A stretch of DNA of 64,000 nucleotides from Clostridia bacterium (GCA_017455185.1 JAFTBN010000075.1:11545-75544), one strand, 5' to 3'. Positions 8,661 through 16,651 are shown, counted from the stretch's first letter. Notes: a model not told the origin generated them from the letters alone. Translations and numbers: made by a program.

Positions 8661-9075
8661 AAAACTGAAAACAAAAAGCGCCTATGAAAAGGCGCTGGCG
8701 GATTACCTGGTCGAGAACGCGTCAGAAACGCTCCAGGAGCGCATCAACGCCTCGGACAAGACCATTGCCGGGTGCGGACGCTACATCATCGAGGAAGCGC
8801 GGAAACGGGCCAAAGGAGCATCCGCCCTTGCCATGACAGATGCCGAAGTGTTCGGCCTGGTACTGCACTACTTTGAGGAGGACAGCATCAAGGAGAGCGA
8901 AGTCGGCAAAGTGACCGCCAAAGTCAAGACGTCCAAGGCTGTTCAGGAGGAGACGAAGCCCGAGCCCGAGCCGGCGCCCAAACCGGAACCGGAGCCCAAA
9001 CCGGAACCGAAGCCTCGGAAAGGCATCCTGGAGAATCAGATCTCCATCTTCGACCTGGCAGGTGCAGAAGCATGA
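8647..9075 (+). CDS. PcfK-like protein (the family that includes AcrIIA9-type Cas9 inhibitors)
   Basis: ATG at 8647 follows AAGGAGGAAAGCA. AYEKALADYLVENA...IAGCGRYIIEEARKRA...MTDAEVFGLVLHYFEEDSI matches the PcfK pattern as I remember it. The tail is PEPKPE-rich. Confidence 0.6.
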   Translation: MINPEKLKTKSAYEKALADYLVENASETLQERINASDKTIAGCGRYIIEEARKRAKGASALAMTDAEVFGLVLHYFEEDSIKESEVGKVTAKVKTSKAVQEETKPEPEPAPKPEPEPKPEPKPRKGILENQISIFDLAGAEA

Positions 9076-10337
9076 AAGAACAGAGACTGAAAGCCCCGGA
9101 CAAAAGGCTCCTCACAAAGGAGGAGCCCATCCCGGAGGAAGTACGGAACGCATACGTGCGATTCTATGACGAATGGACAAACACCAGCACCGTATGGAAA
9201 GACTACATCAGTCTGGAAGGCGGAAAAGTCGTCATCCGGACCTTCGCCGGGAAGAACACCAAGCGGCACGGCCTGCAGATCCTCGAAGTCATCCGGCGGA
9301 TTCCGGGCATCGAGCACTACGGCGCCAGGTGTCTCTGGTACAACTACCTCGGAGGTTGGATCCCGAACTTCGACCCGGAGCAAACGTACTACGGGACCTA
9401 CCTCGATAAGCAGCTCCGAATGGAGGCGACGGTCATCAACGAGGAGATTCTGCAGACGGTACCGGAATTCCGCTATTGCGGAGAGATTCACGGCAACACC
9501 TGGGTCTATCTGACACGGTACCTGGAGCACCCGGAAGTGGAGCTGTTCGGGAAGATGGGGCTCCGGCCTTACGCTTCCCTTCTGTCCAAATGCAAAAAGG
9601 ACCATCAATTCAGGCGCTGGCTGTTTGAGCACCGGGAAGAATGCAAGTACGCAGGACCTGCCGCAGCCATCCGGGCCTACACCGATCACTGCACCGTCAC
9701 CGAGGCGCAGAACCGGATCTACGAAGAGAAACGGTTTATCTACGAGCTGAGCGACTGGGCATCCTGCCATAAATGGTGGGACGGAGTCGACACCAAGCGT
9801 CTGAAGGGTTACTTCGACACAAAAAAGGTCGGACTTCGGTCCTACAAGGATTATCTCTCCGCCTGCCGGGAACTCGGACTTCCGCTCACGGACAACATCC
9901 TGTTCCCAAGCAACTTCGAGACCGCGCACGACCTGCGAATCAATCAGCTCAATGCCAAGAAAGTCAAGGACAAGGAAGCCATGTGCGAGAACTTCGCCAA
10001 AATCTGCGAATCCTACAAACCCCTGGAGACGACCTTCGGCCCGTACTGCATCCTGATTCCGGTCCAGGTCAGCGACCTCGTCCGGGAAGGAGAGACCCTG
10101 CACCACTGCGTCGGCAAGATGGGCTATGACCTCAAGGTGACAGAAGGCAAAAGCATCATCGCCTTTATGCGGAGCACACAGGCGCCGGACAAGCCCCTGT
10201 ACACCATCGAGTACGGAGTCGCCGCCGGGAAGATCCTGCAGTCGCACGGAGATCACAACATTTCCCTGCCGGAGGACGCAAAGCAGGTGGTGGAGCAATG
10301 GGCAAAGCAAGTCAAGCAGCAGTTGAAAGGAGGCTGA
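9072..10337 (+). CDS. PcfJ-like protein
   Basis: 421 aa. The C-terminal LHHCVGKMGYDLKVTEGKSIIAFMRS...PLYTIEY...ILQSHGDHN matches the PcfJ-like domain. It is translationally coupled to the PcfK-like gene (ATGA). Confidence 0.65.
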   Translation: MKEQRLKAPDKRLLTKEEPIPEEVRNAYVRFYDEWTNTSTVWKDYISLEGGKVVIRTFAGKNTKRHGLQILEVIRRIPGIEHYGARCLWYNYLGGWIPNFDPEQTYYGTYLDKQLRMEATVINEEILQTVPEFRYCGEIHGNTWVYLTRYLEHPEVELFGKMGLRPYASLLSKCKKDHQFRRWLFEHREECKYAGPAAAIRAYTDHCTVTEAQNRIYEEKRFIYELSDWASCHKWWDGVDTKRLKGYFDTKKVGLRSYKDYLSACRELGLPLTDNILFPSNFETAHDLRINQLNAKKVKDKEAMCENFAKICESYKPLETTFGPYCILIPVQVSDLVREGETLHHCVGKMGYDLKVTEGKSIIAFMRSTQAPDKPLYTIEYGVAAGKILQSHGDHNISLPEDAKQVVEQWAKQVKQQLKGG

Positions 10338-10338
10338 T

Positions 10339-10500
10339 ATGGTCTGCATTATCATCAAAGATGGTTCAAAAAACGTCATCCTCGGAGACCAGTTACGGTT
10401 TGGAGAGGACGGCAATCTGTACGTTATGCAGGGGGAGACCTGCACCGGATTCTTCCGGATGGAAGACGTCAACCAAGCGTATGTCACGCAAAGGAAGTAA
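10339..10500 (+). CDS. Small hypothetical protein (53 aa, below the track cutoff)
   Basis: ATG at 10339 lies 5 nt after GAAAGGAGG. Translates as MVCIIIKDGSKNVILGDQLRFGEDGNLYVMQGETCTGFFRMEDVNQAYVTQRK. Confidence 0.5.
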   Translation: MVCIIIKDGSKNVILGDQLRFGEDGNLYVMQGETCTGFFRMEDVNQAYVTQRK

Positions 10501-10509
10501 GGAGAAGAA

Positions 10510-10989
10510 ATGATTTACTGCAACAACTGCAACAAAAAGTTTAAAGAGCCACTCGAAAGACATGTGGCCTACGGAGACGGGCAGCTCGACCTGGAGCTCG
10601 TCTGCCCGAACTGTGAATCAATGGACTGGTGCTGGACCATAGATATACCGGAAGAAGAAAGGAGAAAAAATATGAAACCAACAAAGAAAACAACCATCGC
10701 ACTGATTGCCCTGATCATCGGGCTGATCTTCCTCGCCGCCATCGGACCTCTGGTCAATGCCATCCAGGGGAACGTCGAGAAGAGCCGGGTCAAGGAGGCG
10801 GTCCTTGACAAGATGCTGGATGACTACGACAACGAGGACTACCTGCTCCGGATGGAGAAACTGGACGTCCGCAGCTCGGAGCATCCGGACGCACACTTCT
10901 GGCTCGTATACATCTACACCGAAGAGGACGGGTCCTGGTACGTGCACGCCCGGTACGAGAACGGGAAGGCGGAAGTCTTCCCGGCCTGA
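10510..10989 (+). CDS. Membrane-anchored zinc-ribbon protein, hypothetical
   Basis: N-terminal CNNC...CPNC, one TM helix (TTIALIALIIGLIFLAAIGPLV), then a soluble C-terminal domain. Confidence 0.6.
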   Translation: MIYCNNCNKKFKEPLERHVAYGDGQLDLELVCPNCESMDWCWTIDIPEEERRKNMKPTKKTTIALIALIIGLIFLAAIGPLVNAIQGNVEKSRVKEAVLDKMLDDYDNEDYLLRMEKLDVRSSEHPDAHFWLVYIYTEEDGSWYVHARYENGKAEVFPA

Positions 10990-11119
10990 ACCGCAACGGC
11001 TATACACCGTACAGCAGGAACGGCGACGGCAAGGAGCAGTCTTGCTATGATCGGTAAAGGATATGTGCGGCACACATTGGCAGAGCAAGGGCACTGTGTT
11101 GAGGGGCACGGCGGAGCTT

Positions 11120-11540
11120 CGCAAAGGCAAGGCAAGGCCATGAATCGCTCTGAAACGTAATGGCATAGCTAAGCGCGGCAAGGCAATGGAAAGGCAAGGC
11201 GAAGATTCGCGTTGTTATGGAAAGGCAAAGCATGGAACCGCATAGTTGTGGAAAGGCAAAGAAACGATCAGAAGTGTTGAGCCAAGGAAAAGATGGGTAA
11301 AGATCAGCAGTGTTGAGCCATGGCAAAGTGGGGCCGAGTATTGCAAAGCAATGGCATAGCATAGCATAGCTGAGAATGGCGACTGCAAAGTGGGGCCGGG
11401 CGGCGTATCCGAACGCAGAGAAATGGAAAAGCAACGAGACGGACTGACCAGCTTGAACATGCAAGGGCAAAGCGAGGCGTTGATTCGCCATGGAAAAGTA
11501 AAGAGAGAGCGGTCTCTATAAACCGCAGAAAGGAAAAAGC
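11120..11540 (+). repeat. Intergenic array of degenerate ATGGAAAGGCAARG boxes (iteron-like)
   Basis: All plus-strand frames have stops. Boxes start at 11186, 11217, 11248 (exactly 31 bp apart) and at 11459/11490 (31 bp apart). Related boxes start at 11160, 11320, 11351, 11376 and 11423. Sub-repeats: GATCAGnAGTGTTGAGCCA x2 and GCAAAGTGGGGCCG x2. Confidence 0.7.
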
Positions 11541-12164
11541 ATGAAAGAACTGAAAGAACTGAAAGTCAAGATCACATTTACGGAGCCGCTGCTCGGCACG
11601 GCTTCCGGCAATCCGGAAATTCACAGCACATTTATCGCGAGCAAGGCGCCTGACGCGCCTTCCCGCGAGGAAGAGGTGGAAGCGCTTGGTATCGACGAAG
11701 TCGAGAAGAAGGAAATGACCGTGTTCGCACGGACGGCAACCGGCAGGCCCTGCCTCTGGGACTACCAGATCAAAGGATTCTTCAAAAATGCCTGCTATAG
11801 CCTCAAGACCATTCCGCACACGGAGAGTGAGAAAATCAAGGCGTACAAGAAGGTCATAGACGGTCTGATCTTCGTTAAGGAACGGCAGATTCCCATCTAC
11901 TTCGAAGGGCAGATCGGGAACCTGCAGAGACCGCTCCGGGCACAGACCATGCAAGGCGAGCGCGTGGCACTGGCGAACAGCGAGATGATTCCGGCCGGGG
12001 CAACCATCACCGTCACGATTCAGCTCTTCAACGAGGCCCAGGAAGCCCTCGTCAAGGAATGGCTGGATTACGGCGCCTTCAACGGCATTGGCCAGTGGCA
12101 CAACGGATCTTACGGCCGGTTCAAGTGGGAAGAAATCAAATGCGAATCCGAGAAATCGTCCTGA
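11541..12164 (+). CDS. Hypothetical protein with a C-terminal glycine-rich loop (GIGQWHNGSYGRF)
   Basis: 207-aa ORF with ATG following GAAAGGAAAAAGC. No family recognised. Confidence 0.6.
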   Translation: MKELKELKVKITFTEPLLGTASGNPEIHSTFIASKAPDAPSREEEVEALGIDEVEKKEMTVFARTATGRPCLWDYQIKGFFKNACYSLKTIPHTESEKIKAYKKVIDGLIFVKERQIPIYFEGQIGNLQRPLRAQTMQGERVALANSEMIPAGATITVTIQLFNEAQEALVKEWLDYGAFNGIGQWHNGSYGRFKWEEIKCESEKSS

Positions 12165-12322
12165 TCTGTGTCGGCTTCGCGGTCATCAATCTGGCTATGT
12201 GCGTCGCAGGTATCCTGTCCGCCTGCGATGCGCTGGCCGTAACCGGAGCCGTGCTCGCCATTGAGACCGCCATCTTGGGCGCAATCCTTTGTCTCGTCCT
12301 CGGATTCGGAGGCATGGATTGA
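12140..12322 (+). CDS. Small two-TM membrane protein, hypothetical
   Basis: MRIREIVLICVGFAVINLAMCVAGILSACDALAVTGAVLAIETAILGAILCLVLGFGG. The SD is weak and it overlaps the previous gene by 25 nt. Confidence 0.35.
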   Translation: MRIREIVLICVGFAVINLAMCVAGILSACDALAVTGAVLAIETAILGAILCLVLGFGGMD

Positions 12323-12333
12323 CCGAACGGGAA

Positions 12334-12807
12334 ATGTTACTGGAATTAATGGACAGGGTCGCAGAACTGAAGGAAGAGGTGGAAACGCTTAGATGCTATT
12401 CGGAATTGAATGGTGGCGATGGGCCGCCGCAGCAGCCGTGTGTATTGCTGTTTGCGCCTTCGTCATCTGGGCAACAAAAGGAAAGGGAGAATGAGATGAA
12501 TACCTTCGAGGTGCAGAAAAAGAACGAAGAGAAGATTCTGAAGAGCGCCGGAAAATGCAAATTCTGCGGAACGCCGCTGACGGTCACGCCAAACAAGATG
12601 CTCTTCACGTCGGTCATGTTCAAATACGGCGAAGCAAAGGTCAAAATCGGGTGCTTCCGCTGCGGAATCTACCTGGAAGTCAAGTCATGGGACACAAAGG
12701 CAAACACCTACGCAGACGCCTGCAATACAGCCATACAGAAATGGCACAGCATTTTTAAGAAGGAGGAACAACAACATGAGAACGATCAACAAAAAGATAT
12801 GGCCTAA
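12334..12807 (+). CDS. Hypothetical protein; the C-terminal half is a Lar-like zinc ribbon
   Basis: Continuous ORF 12289-12807. The robust core is 12496-12807 (ATG follows AAAGGAAAGGGAG; CKFCGTPL...CFRCG...NTAIQKWHS). The N-terminal start is uncertain (TTG 12289, ATG 12334 or ATG 12496). Confidence 0.5.
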   Translation: MLLELMDRVAELKEEVETLRCYSELNGGDGPPQQPCVLLFAPSSSGQQKERENEMNTFEVQKKNEEKILKSAGKCKFCGTPLTVTPNKMLFTSVMFKYGEAKVKIGCFRCGIYLEVKSWDTKANTYADACNTAIQKWHSIFKKEEQQHENDQQKDMA

Positions 12808-13033
12808 ATTCTTCAACGACGTGCTGTTTAATAACAAGCGGTTCGAATTGCGCGAGGATGAAGACGACGCAAGGCCCGGAGACGTGCTCGTCCTGCACGA
12901 ATGGGATCCGCAGACATGCTCGTACACAGGCAGGAGCATGAGCTGTACCATCACGTACGTGCTCCGCCCGGAAGATGCACCGGGAGGCCTGGAGGAAGGA
13001 TACTGCATCATCGGCTTTGCGAGGTGGGACTGA
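12776..13033 (+). CDS. DUF3850 / ASCH-like domain protein
   Basis: KIWPKFFNDVLFNNKRFELREDEDDARPGDVLVLHEWD...TGRSMSCTITYVL matches the DUF3850 pattern. Confidence 0.7.
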   Translation: MRTINKKIWPKFFNDVLFNNKRFELREDEDDARPGDVLVLHEWDPQTCSYTGRSMSCTITYVLRPEDAPGGLEEGYCIIGFARWD

Positions 13034-13509
13034 TGTACGAGATGCAGCAGAGATATCTCAACGAGGAGTACCCATGCCACGAATGCAAGCATGAAGGCTC
13101 GATTATGTGCCAGTATTGCGGAACGGTCGTCACGCCTTCCGGCGTCATTCACAAGCCTTCCCGGTTTGAATCCCGGTACGGGCGCAAGAAGTACGACAAC
13201 GTATCTGTTCCAAAAGCCCTGCGCCGTGTGGTGATTGCCATCATTGCGGATACGGAACGGCGCCAGCGAGTCATCAATCTCAAGGCGAACAAAGAGGACG
13301 TGTGTACGATGTACGAGCTGCTGAACCGGGCCGTAGACAAAGCATTCCAGGGCATTGAGGCAAACCTGCGGTCTATGCTGATGGACGACTTCTGCAACGG
13401 ATCCGGCTATGACCGCTCCCTTTCCTCGTCTGTCATCAGCCAGCGCGCTTACTACAGGCGCAAGCGGAAGATCATTGCGGACGTTGCGGTCCTTCTCTGC
13501 CTCATATGA
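13033..13509 (+). CDS. Putative late-gene transcriptional activator (ArpU/RinA-like C-terminus)
   Basis: ATG at 13033 overlaps the previous stop (TGATG) and follows GAGGTGGG. The N-terminus has a Cys cluster (CHECKHEGSIMCQYCG). The C-terminus has ISQRAYYRRKRKIIADVAVLL, like ArpU-family HTH tails. It is the last gene of the early arm. Confidence 0.45.
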   Translation: MYEMQQRYLNEEYPCHECKHEGSIMCQYCGTVVTPSGVIHKPSRFESRYGRKKYDNVSVPKALRRVVIAIIADTERRQRVINLKANKEDVCTMYELLNRAVDKAFQGIEANLRSMLMDDFCNGSGYDRSLSSSVISQRAYYRRKRKIIADVAVLLCLI

Positions 13510-13518
13510 AAAGAAACA

Positions 13519-13542
13519 GCCGGCCAGGTTTCCCTGACCGGC
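13519..13542. terminator. Bidirectional rho-independent terminator between the convergent early and late arms
   Basis: GCCGGCCAGG-TTTC-CCTGACCGGC forms a 10-bp stem with one mismatch. An A-rich run lies upstream and a T-containing run downstream. Confidence 0.6.
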
Positions 13543-13580
13543 CATCTTTCACATGGATTTATATAGGATTTGATATCGAA

Positions 13581-13802
13581 TCAGATATGTAAAAACAATT
13601 GCTTTCGGGCTCGGGATAACCGCACCTGCGTCTGCACAACGGACAGCCCGACTTTATCGGCTACCTGCTCGATGGTCAGCGCGTCAAGGAGGTAAAGTAC
13701 CAGCATGTTCTGGTCCCGTACGTTGTGAACCCACTGATGGATCAGCCGGAGCCAGTCGTCCCGGCTCTTGCTGTTGATCACTTCCGTGTACCGCTGGCTC
13801 AT
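13581..13802 (-). CDS. Small sigma-70 region-4-like HTH protein
   Basis: 73 aa; LLDALTIEQVADKVGLSVVQTQVRLSRARKQLF is a region-4 type HTH. ATG follows GGAGAGGAGCAGA. Confidence 0.65.
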   Translation of the reverse strand: MSQRYTEVINSKSRDDWLRLIHQWVHNVRDQNMLVLYLLDALTIEQVADKVGLSVVQTQVRLSRARKQLFLHI

Positions 13803-14745
13803 TCTGCTCCTCTCCTGCTAACCGTTCGCTGTATTGAATCAATTGCTGAATCAGGTCTGCCTGGTCGGTTGCATACTCCGTTGAAGAAATGGCAATCAGG
13901 TCATACCCGTATTTATACCCAAGAAAGCCCTGTGCGATGATGACGCCGGCCTTGATGATGGCTTCCGCGAAGGTCGCCCAGGTCGGTTCCATAATCATCT
14001 CAAACATCAGAAAGGCCATGATACCCGAGACAATCGTAATCCGCGTGATGGAAATCATCGTATGGATTCTGCGCTTAACTTCGGGCGCCGTTCCCAAAAG
14101 GCCCCTGTGGTTTCCTCTTGTGGATTTCCGGAGGAGCATCTCCGGCCGCAGGTTCAGCCTTTTGGTGGCGTTGGCCCGTGCGATGCATTTCAGCTGCAGC
14201 TTGGACAGGTTCGGATATTTCTGTTGCAGAGTCTTGGTGTCCTTGCCCTCGTACAGAGAGACAAAGGAATTGTACGAGATACCATAATTGGCAAGGATAG
14301 CCGTTCTCTGCATCTTCAATTCTTCCGTACACAGTTCCTCACAGTAACTGTATGCATAGCCGTGGAGGTTGTGGTCCACCACATACTGCCGCAGATTCGC
14401 ATACCGTTCCTGCGAGCTGACGTAGGAGGCAAGCTCCTTTGCTGCCCGCATTCCGGAGTCCGAGCAGGAGATATACGTAACCGACGCGCAAATGACATAG
14501 AGAAGCCATGTCATCACGATATCGGACGCATACTCCCAGAAGTCCTCCGGCGGTATGGATTGTATGTGCGTCGTCATGGCGATGATGAACGCCGCCACAA
14601 CGAACATGGAAAGGATCAATCCTCCATAACTGATCAGGGAGCGCATGGCGCGCTTCGTCTTTTGGTTGACCACCTTGATGGCGGAATCAACACGTTCCTG
14701 CAATCCGGCATCTTCCGTCCGGGACACTGTCGGTATTTTATCCAT
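13684..14745 (-). CDS. Multi-pass membrane protein, hypothetical
   Basis: 353 aa with several TM helices (GGLILSMFVVAAFIIAM, IVMTWLLYVICASVTYI, ITIVSGIMAFLMFEMI, AIIKAGVIIAQGFLGY). SD is AAGGAG. The last 119 nt overlap the next gene. Confidence 0.65.
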   Translation of the reverse strand: MDKIPTVSRTEDAGLQERVDSAIKVVNQKTKRAMRSLISYGGLILSMFVVAAFIIAMTTHIQSIPPEDFWEYASDIVMTWLLYVICASVTYISCSDSGMRAAKELASYVSSQERYANLRQYVVDHNLHGYAYSYCEELCTEELKMQRTAILANYGISYNSFVSLYEGKDTKTLQQKYPNLSKLQLKCIARANATKRLNLRPEMLLRKSTRGNHRGLLGTAPEVKRRIHTMISITRITIVSGIMAFLMFEMIMEPTWATFAEAIIKAGVIIAQGFLGYKYGYDLIAISSTEYATDQADLIQQLIQYSERLAGEEQNEPAVHGSDQQQEPGRLAPADPSVGSQRTGPEHAGTLPP

Positions 14746-14761
14746 ACCCTACTCCTTGTGT

Positions 14762-15154
14762 TCAATCTTCTGCGCCCGTCTCCGGTTTCGGCTTGTCTTC
14801 CCTTTCCTCGACTATGGCTCCGTACTTATAGATGAATTCGCCCACCGTGTTGCAGATCAGGCCGACCAGGCAAACGGGAATCATTTCATCGATAATGTTC
14901 TTGAGCACAATCAGCACGACAAAGGCAATCGTCCACATCAGCCAGGCGGCAGGGCTCTTGAAGAGCTGCCGGAGCTGCCTGTAGAACGGAACGCATGCAA
15001 GCACCATCATAAAGCAGAACAAACCGGAAATGGTGGAATTGGAATCCCTGTGCACCCAGATTGGGAACATGCACAGGATGGCAATGGCAACCGGGACAAC
15101 GTCAATGCCGACCGCAGTCGCCTTAATCAGTTTTCCCTTTTTCTTGTTCGTCAT
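14762..15154 (-). CDS. Four-TM small membrane protein (holin-like topology)
   Basis: ATG at 15154 follows GGAAGGAG. 130 aa starting MTNKKKGKLIKATAVGIDVVPVAIAILCMFPIW..., with an acidic C-terminal tail. Confidence 0.6.
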   Translation of the reverse strand: MTNKKKGKLIKATAVGIDVVPVAIAILCMFPIWVHRDSNSTISGLFCFMMVLACVPFYRQLRQLFKSPAAWLMWTIAFVVLIVLKNIIDEMIPVCLVGLICNTVGEFIYKYGAIVEEREDKPKPETGAED

Positions 15155-16187
15155 CGCTTGCTCCTTCCACGCTCTTCTTGACCAGCTCCGCAATCGCCTT
15201 CAGCTCCTCGTCGTTCTCCAACGTGGTCAGGCACTTTGCGTATTTGTAATTGATCAAGTCCTTCGTTCCTTGCGGAATGTTGCGGTTGTTCGCGTAGACG
15301 GTCTGAAGGATCCCGAGAATCGCAAGGTTCGTCTCAAGCACAGAGGATACGACTTTGTTCCGTTCGTCCTCCAGATGCTGCTGGGCCTTGTAACTCGCGT
15401 TCATATCGTTGTAGCCATCGATCAGGCCGTTTACCGCGGCCGTCACGTTCGTATCCGTTGCGGATGTATTCGTAGATGCAGCGGATGCGTCGGACTTGAT
15501 GTCCACAAGCTGGGAAACGATCTTGTCGTCCATCTTGCTCTTGGTGCGCTTGACAAGATAGAGAATCCCGATGATGATGCCGTCCAGCACCACGGAGACG
15601 ATCATCAGTTTGTTGTCCACAAACCACTGATACAGCCGGGTGAAGAAATTGGCAAGCATCTCGCCTTCTGTCTCTCCTGGATCCGGCGCAGGCGTCACGA
15701 CCGCGTCCGTTTCCTTCTCGGTTTCCTTTTCGGATTCGGCGCCGGACGTGTTCGTTTCCTCGTTTGTTTCGGCACCGGTCGTTTCCGTCTCCTCGATTAC
15801 ATGTTCCGATACGATCACGTTGTCCAGAGTGACGACGACGTCCTCGTTCCCTGCTCCGGAAAAGGTGAGCCTAAGGTCGGAGACGTCCGAACTCCGGGTC
15901 GTGTAATCCACGTGATAGTTTCCGTCCTCGACGGCAATCAACGCCACGTAGCCTTGCCCGGCAGAGCCATGCAGCTCGCTCACATAGACGGCGACACGGG
16001 TTTGAATCCCTTCGAAAGACACGTCGAAAGACACGTCATATTTCGCGCCGTCGTGGTACTCGAACGGCAGTTCATAGGCGTTCTCTTTCAACTCGCTGAC
16101 TGTCCCTGTATACGCTTCCGCGTACACACAGACCGAGGTCATGACCAGAAGGGCCAAGACCAGGCAAATTGTGTAGATTTTTTTCAC
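15123..16187 (-). CDS. Secreted/membrane protein: signal peptide, beta-rich CBM-like domain, acidic linker, TM helix, coiled-coil tail
   Basis: GTG start follows AGGGAGG. Begins MKKIYTICLVLALLVMTSVCVYA. Has a T/E-rich linker and the TM helix LMIVSVVLDGIIIGILYLV. Confidence 0.65.
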   Translation of the reverse strand: MKKIYTICLVLALLVMTSVCVYAEAYTGTVSELKENAYELPFEYHDGAKYDVSFDVSFEGIQTRVAVYVSELHGSAGQGYVALIAVEDGNYHVDYTTRSSDVSDLRLTFSGAGNEDVVVTLDNVIVSEHVIEETETTGAETNEETNTSGAESEKETEKETDAVVTPAPDPGETEGEMLANFFTRLYQWFVDNKLMIVSVVLDGIIIGILYLVKRTKSKMDDKIVSQLVDIKSDASAASTNTSATDTNVTAAVNGLIDGYNDMNASYKAQQHLEDERNKVVSSVLETNLAILGILQTVYANNRNIPQGTKDLINYKYAKCLTTLENDEELKAIAELVKKSVEGASDDEQEKGKTD

Positions 16188-16198
16188 TTTCTACCTCC

Positions 16199-16642
16199 CT
16201 AAATTATGTTGTACCCTTCAAGCAAGGTAGCAATTTTGCCTTTGATTACGGTAATTTCGTCCTGCATGGACTGAATATAACTTTGGAGGTTGTTCAATTG
16301 TTCTTTCAAGCCGTTGATTTCGTCCGTAATACCGGTCAGATTCGGCCGGATCATAACCACGTCATCCGTTACGATGACGTCGACCGGCGGACACTGCCAG
16401 GTGTTTGCCAGGTCCCCGTACTGTTCCACATAGGTTACGTTCAGAAGGGTGGATTCACGCGGAACCGGGATGCTGACTTTTCCGTCGACAATCTGCCGGT
16501 ACCGCTTTGATCTCTTGGTATTGATGACCGCGTAGGACCCTTCGGCCGCTCCGTCGAATTCAATCGTGAGCTCGGATGCCTTGTTCAGATCCTCCCGGCA
16601 ATGCAGCTCGCTGGTTCCGTTGCGGTATAGTTTATATTGCAT
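16199..16642 (-). CDS. Hypothetical protein with a C-terminal coiled coil
   Basis: 147 aa; SD is GAGGAGG; the C-terminus reads ITDEINGLKEQLNNLQSYIQSMQDEITVIKGKIATLLEG. Confidence 0.65.
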   Translation of the reverse strand: MQYKLYRNGTSELHCREDLNKASELTIEFDGAAEGSYAVINTKRSKRYRQIVDGKVSIPVPRESTLLNVTYVEQYGDLANTWQCPPVDVIVTDDVVMIRPNLTGITDEINGLKEQLNNLQSYIQSMQDEITVIKGKIATLLEGYNII

Positions 16643-16651
16643 GTTGCCTCC

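Noticed and set aside
11120-11540. Possible CRISPR array or mini-array in the repeat-rich intergenic region
   Set aside because: The boxes are only ~14 nt, degenerate and irregularly spaced (26-47 bp). There is no conserved repeat/unique-spacer alternation and no cas genes or leader-like structure nearby.
11045-12101. Minus-strand ORFs 11045-11491 (148 aa) and 11304-12101 (265 aa)
   Set aside because: The first simply translates the DNA repeats (LPWLNT... duplicated), and I found no SD or family signal for it. The second is antisense to a well-supported plus-strand gene. Both look like shadow ORFs.
13559-13574. 16-bp near-palindrome GATTTGATATCGAATC downstream of the sigma-like gene as a terminator or operator
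   Set aside because: It has no loop and no adjacent U-run. It occurs only once, so there is too little evidence to call a function.
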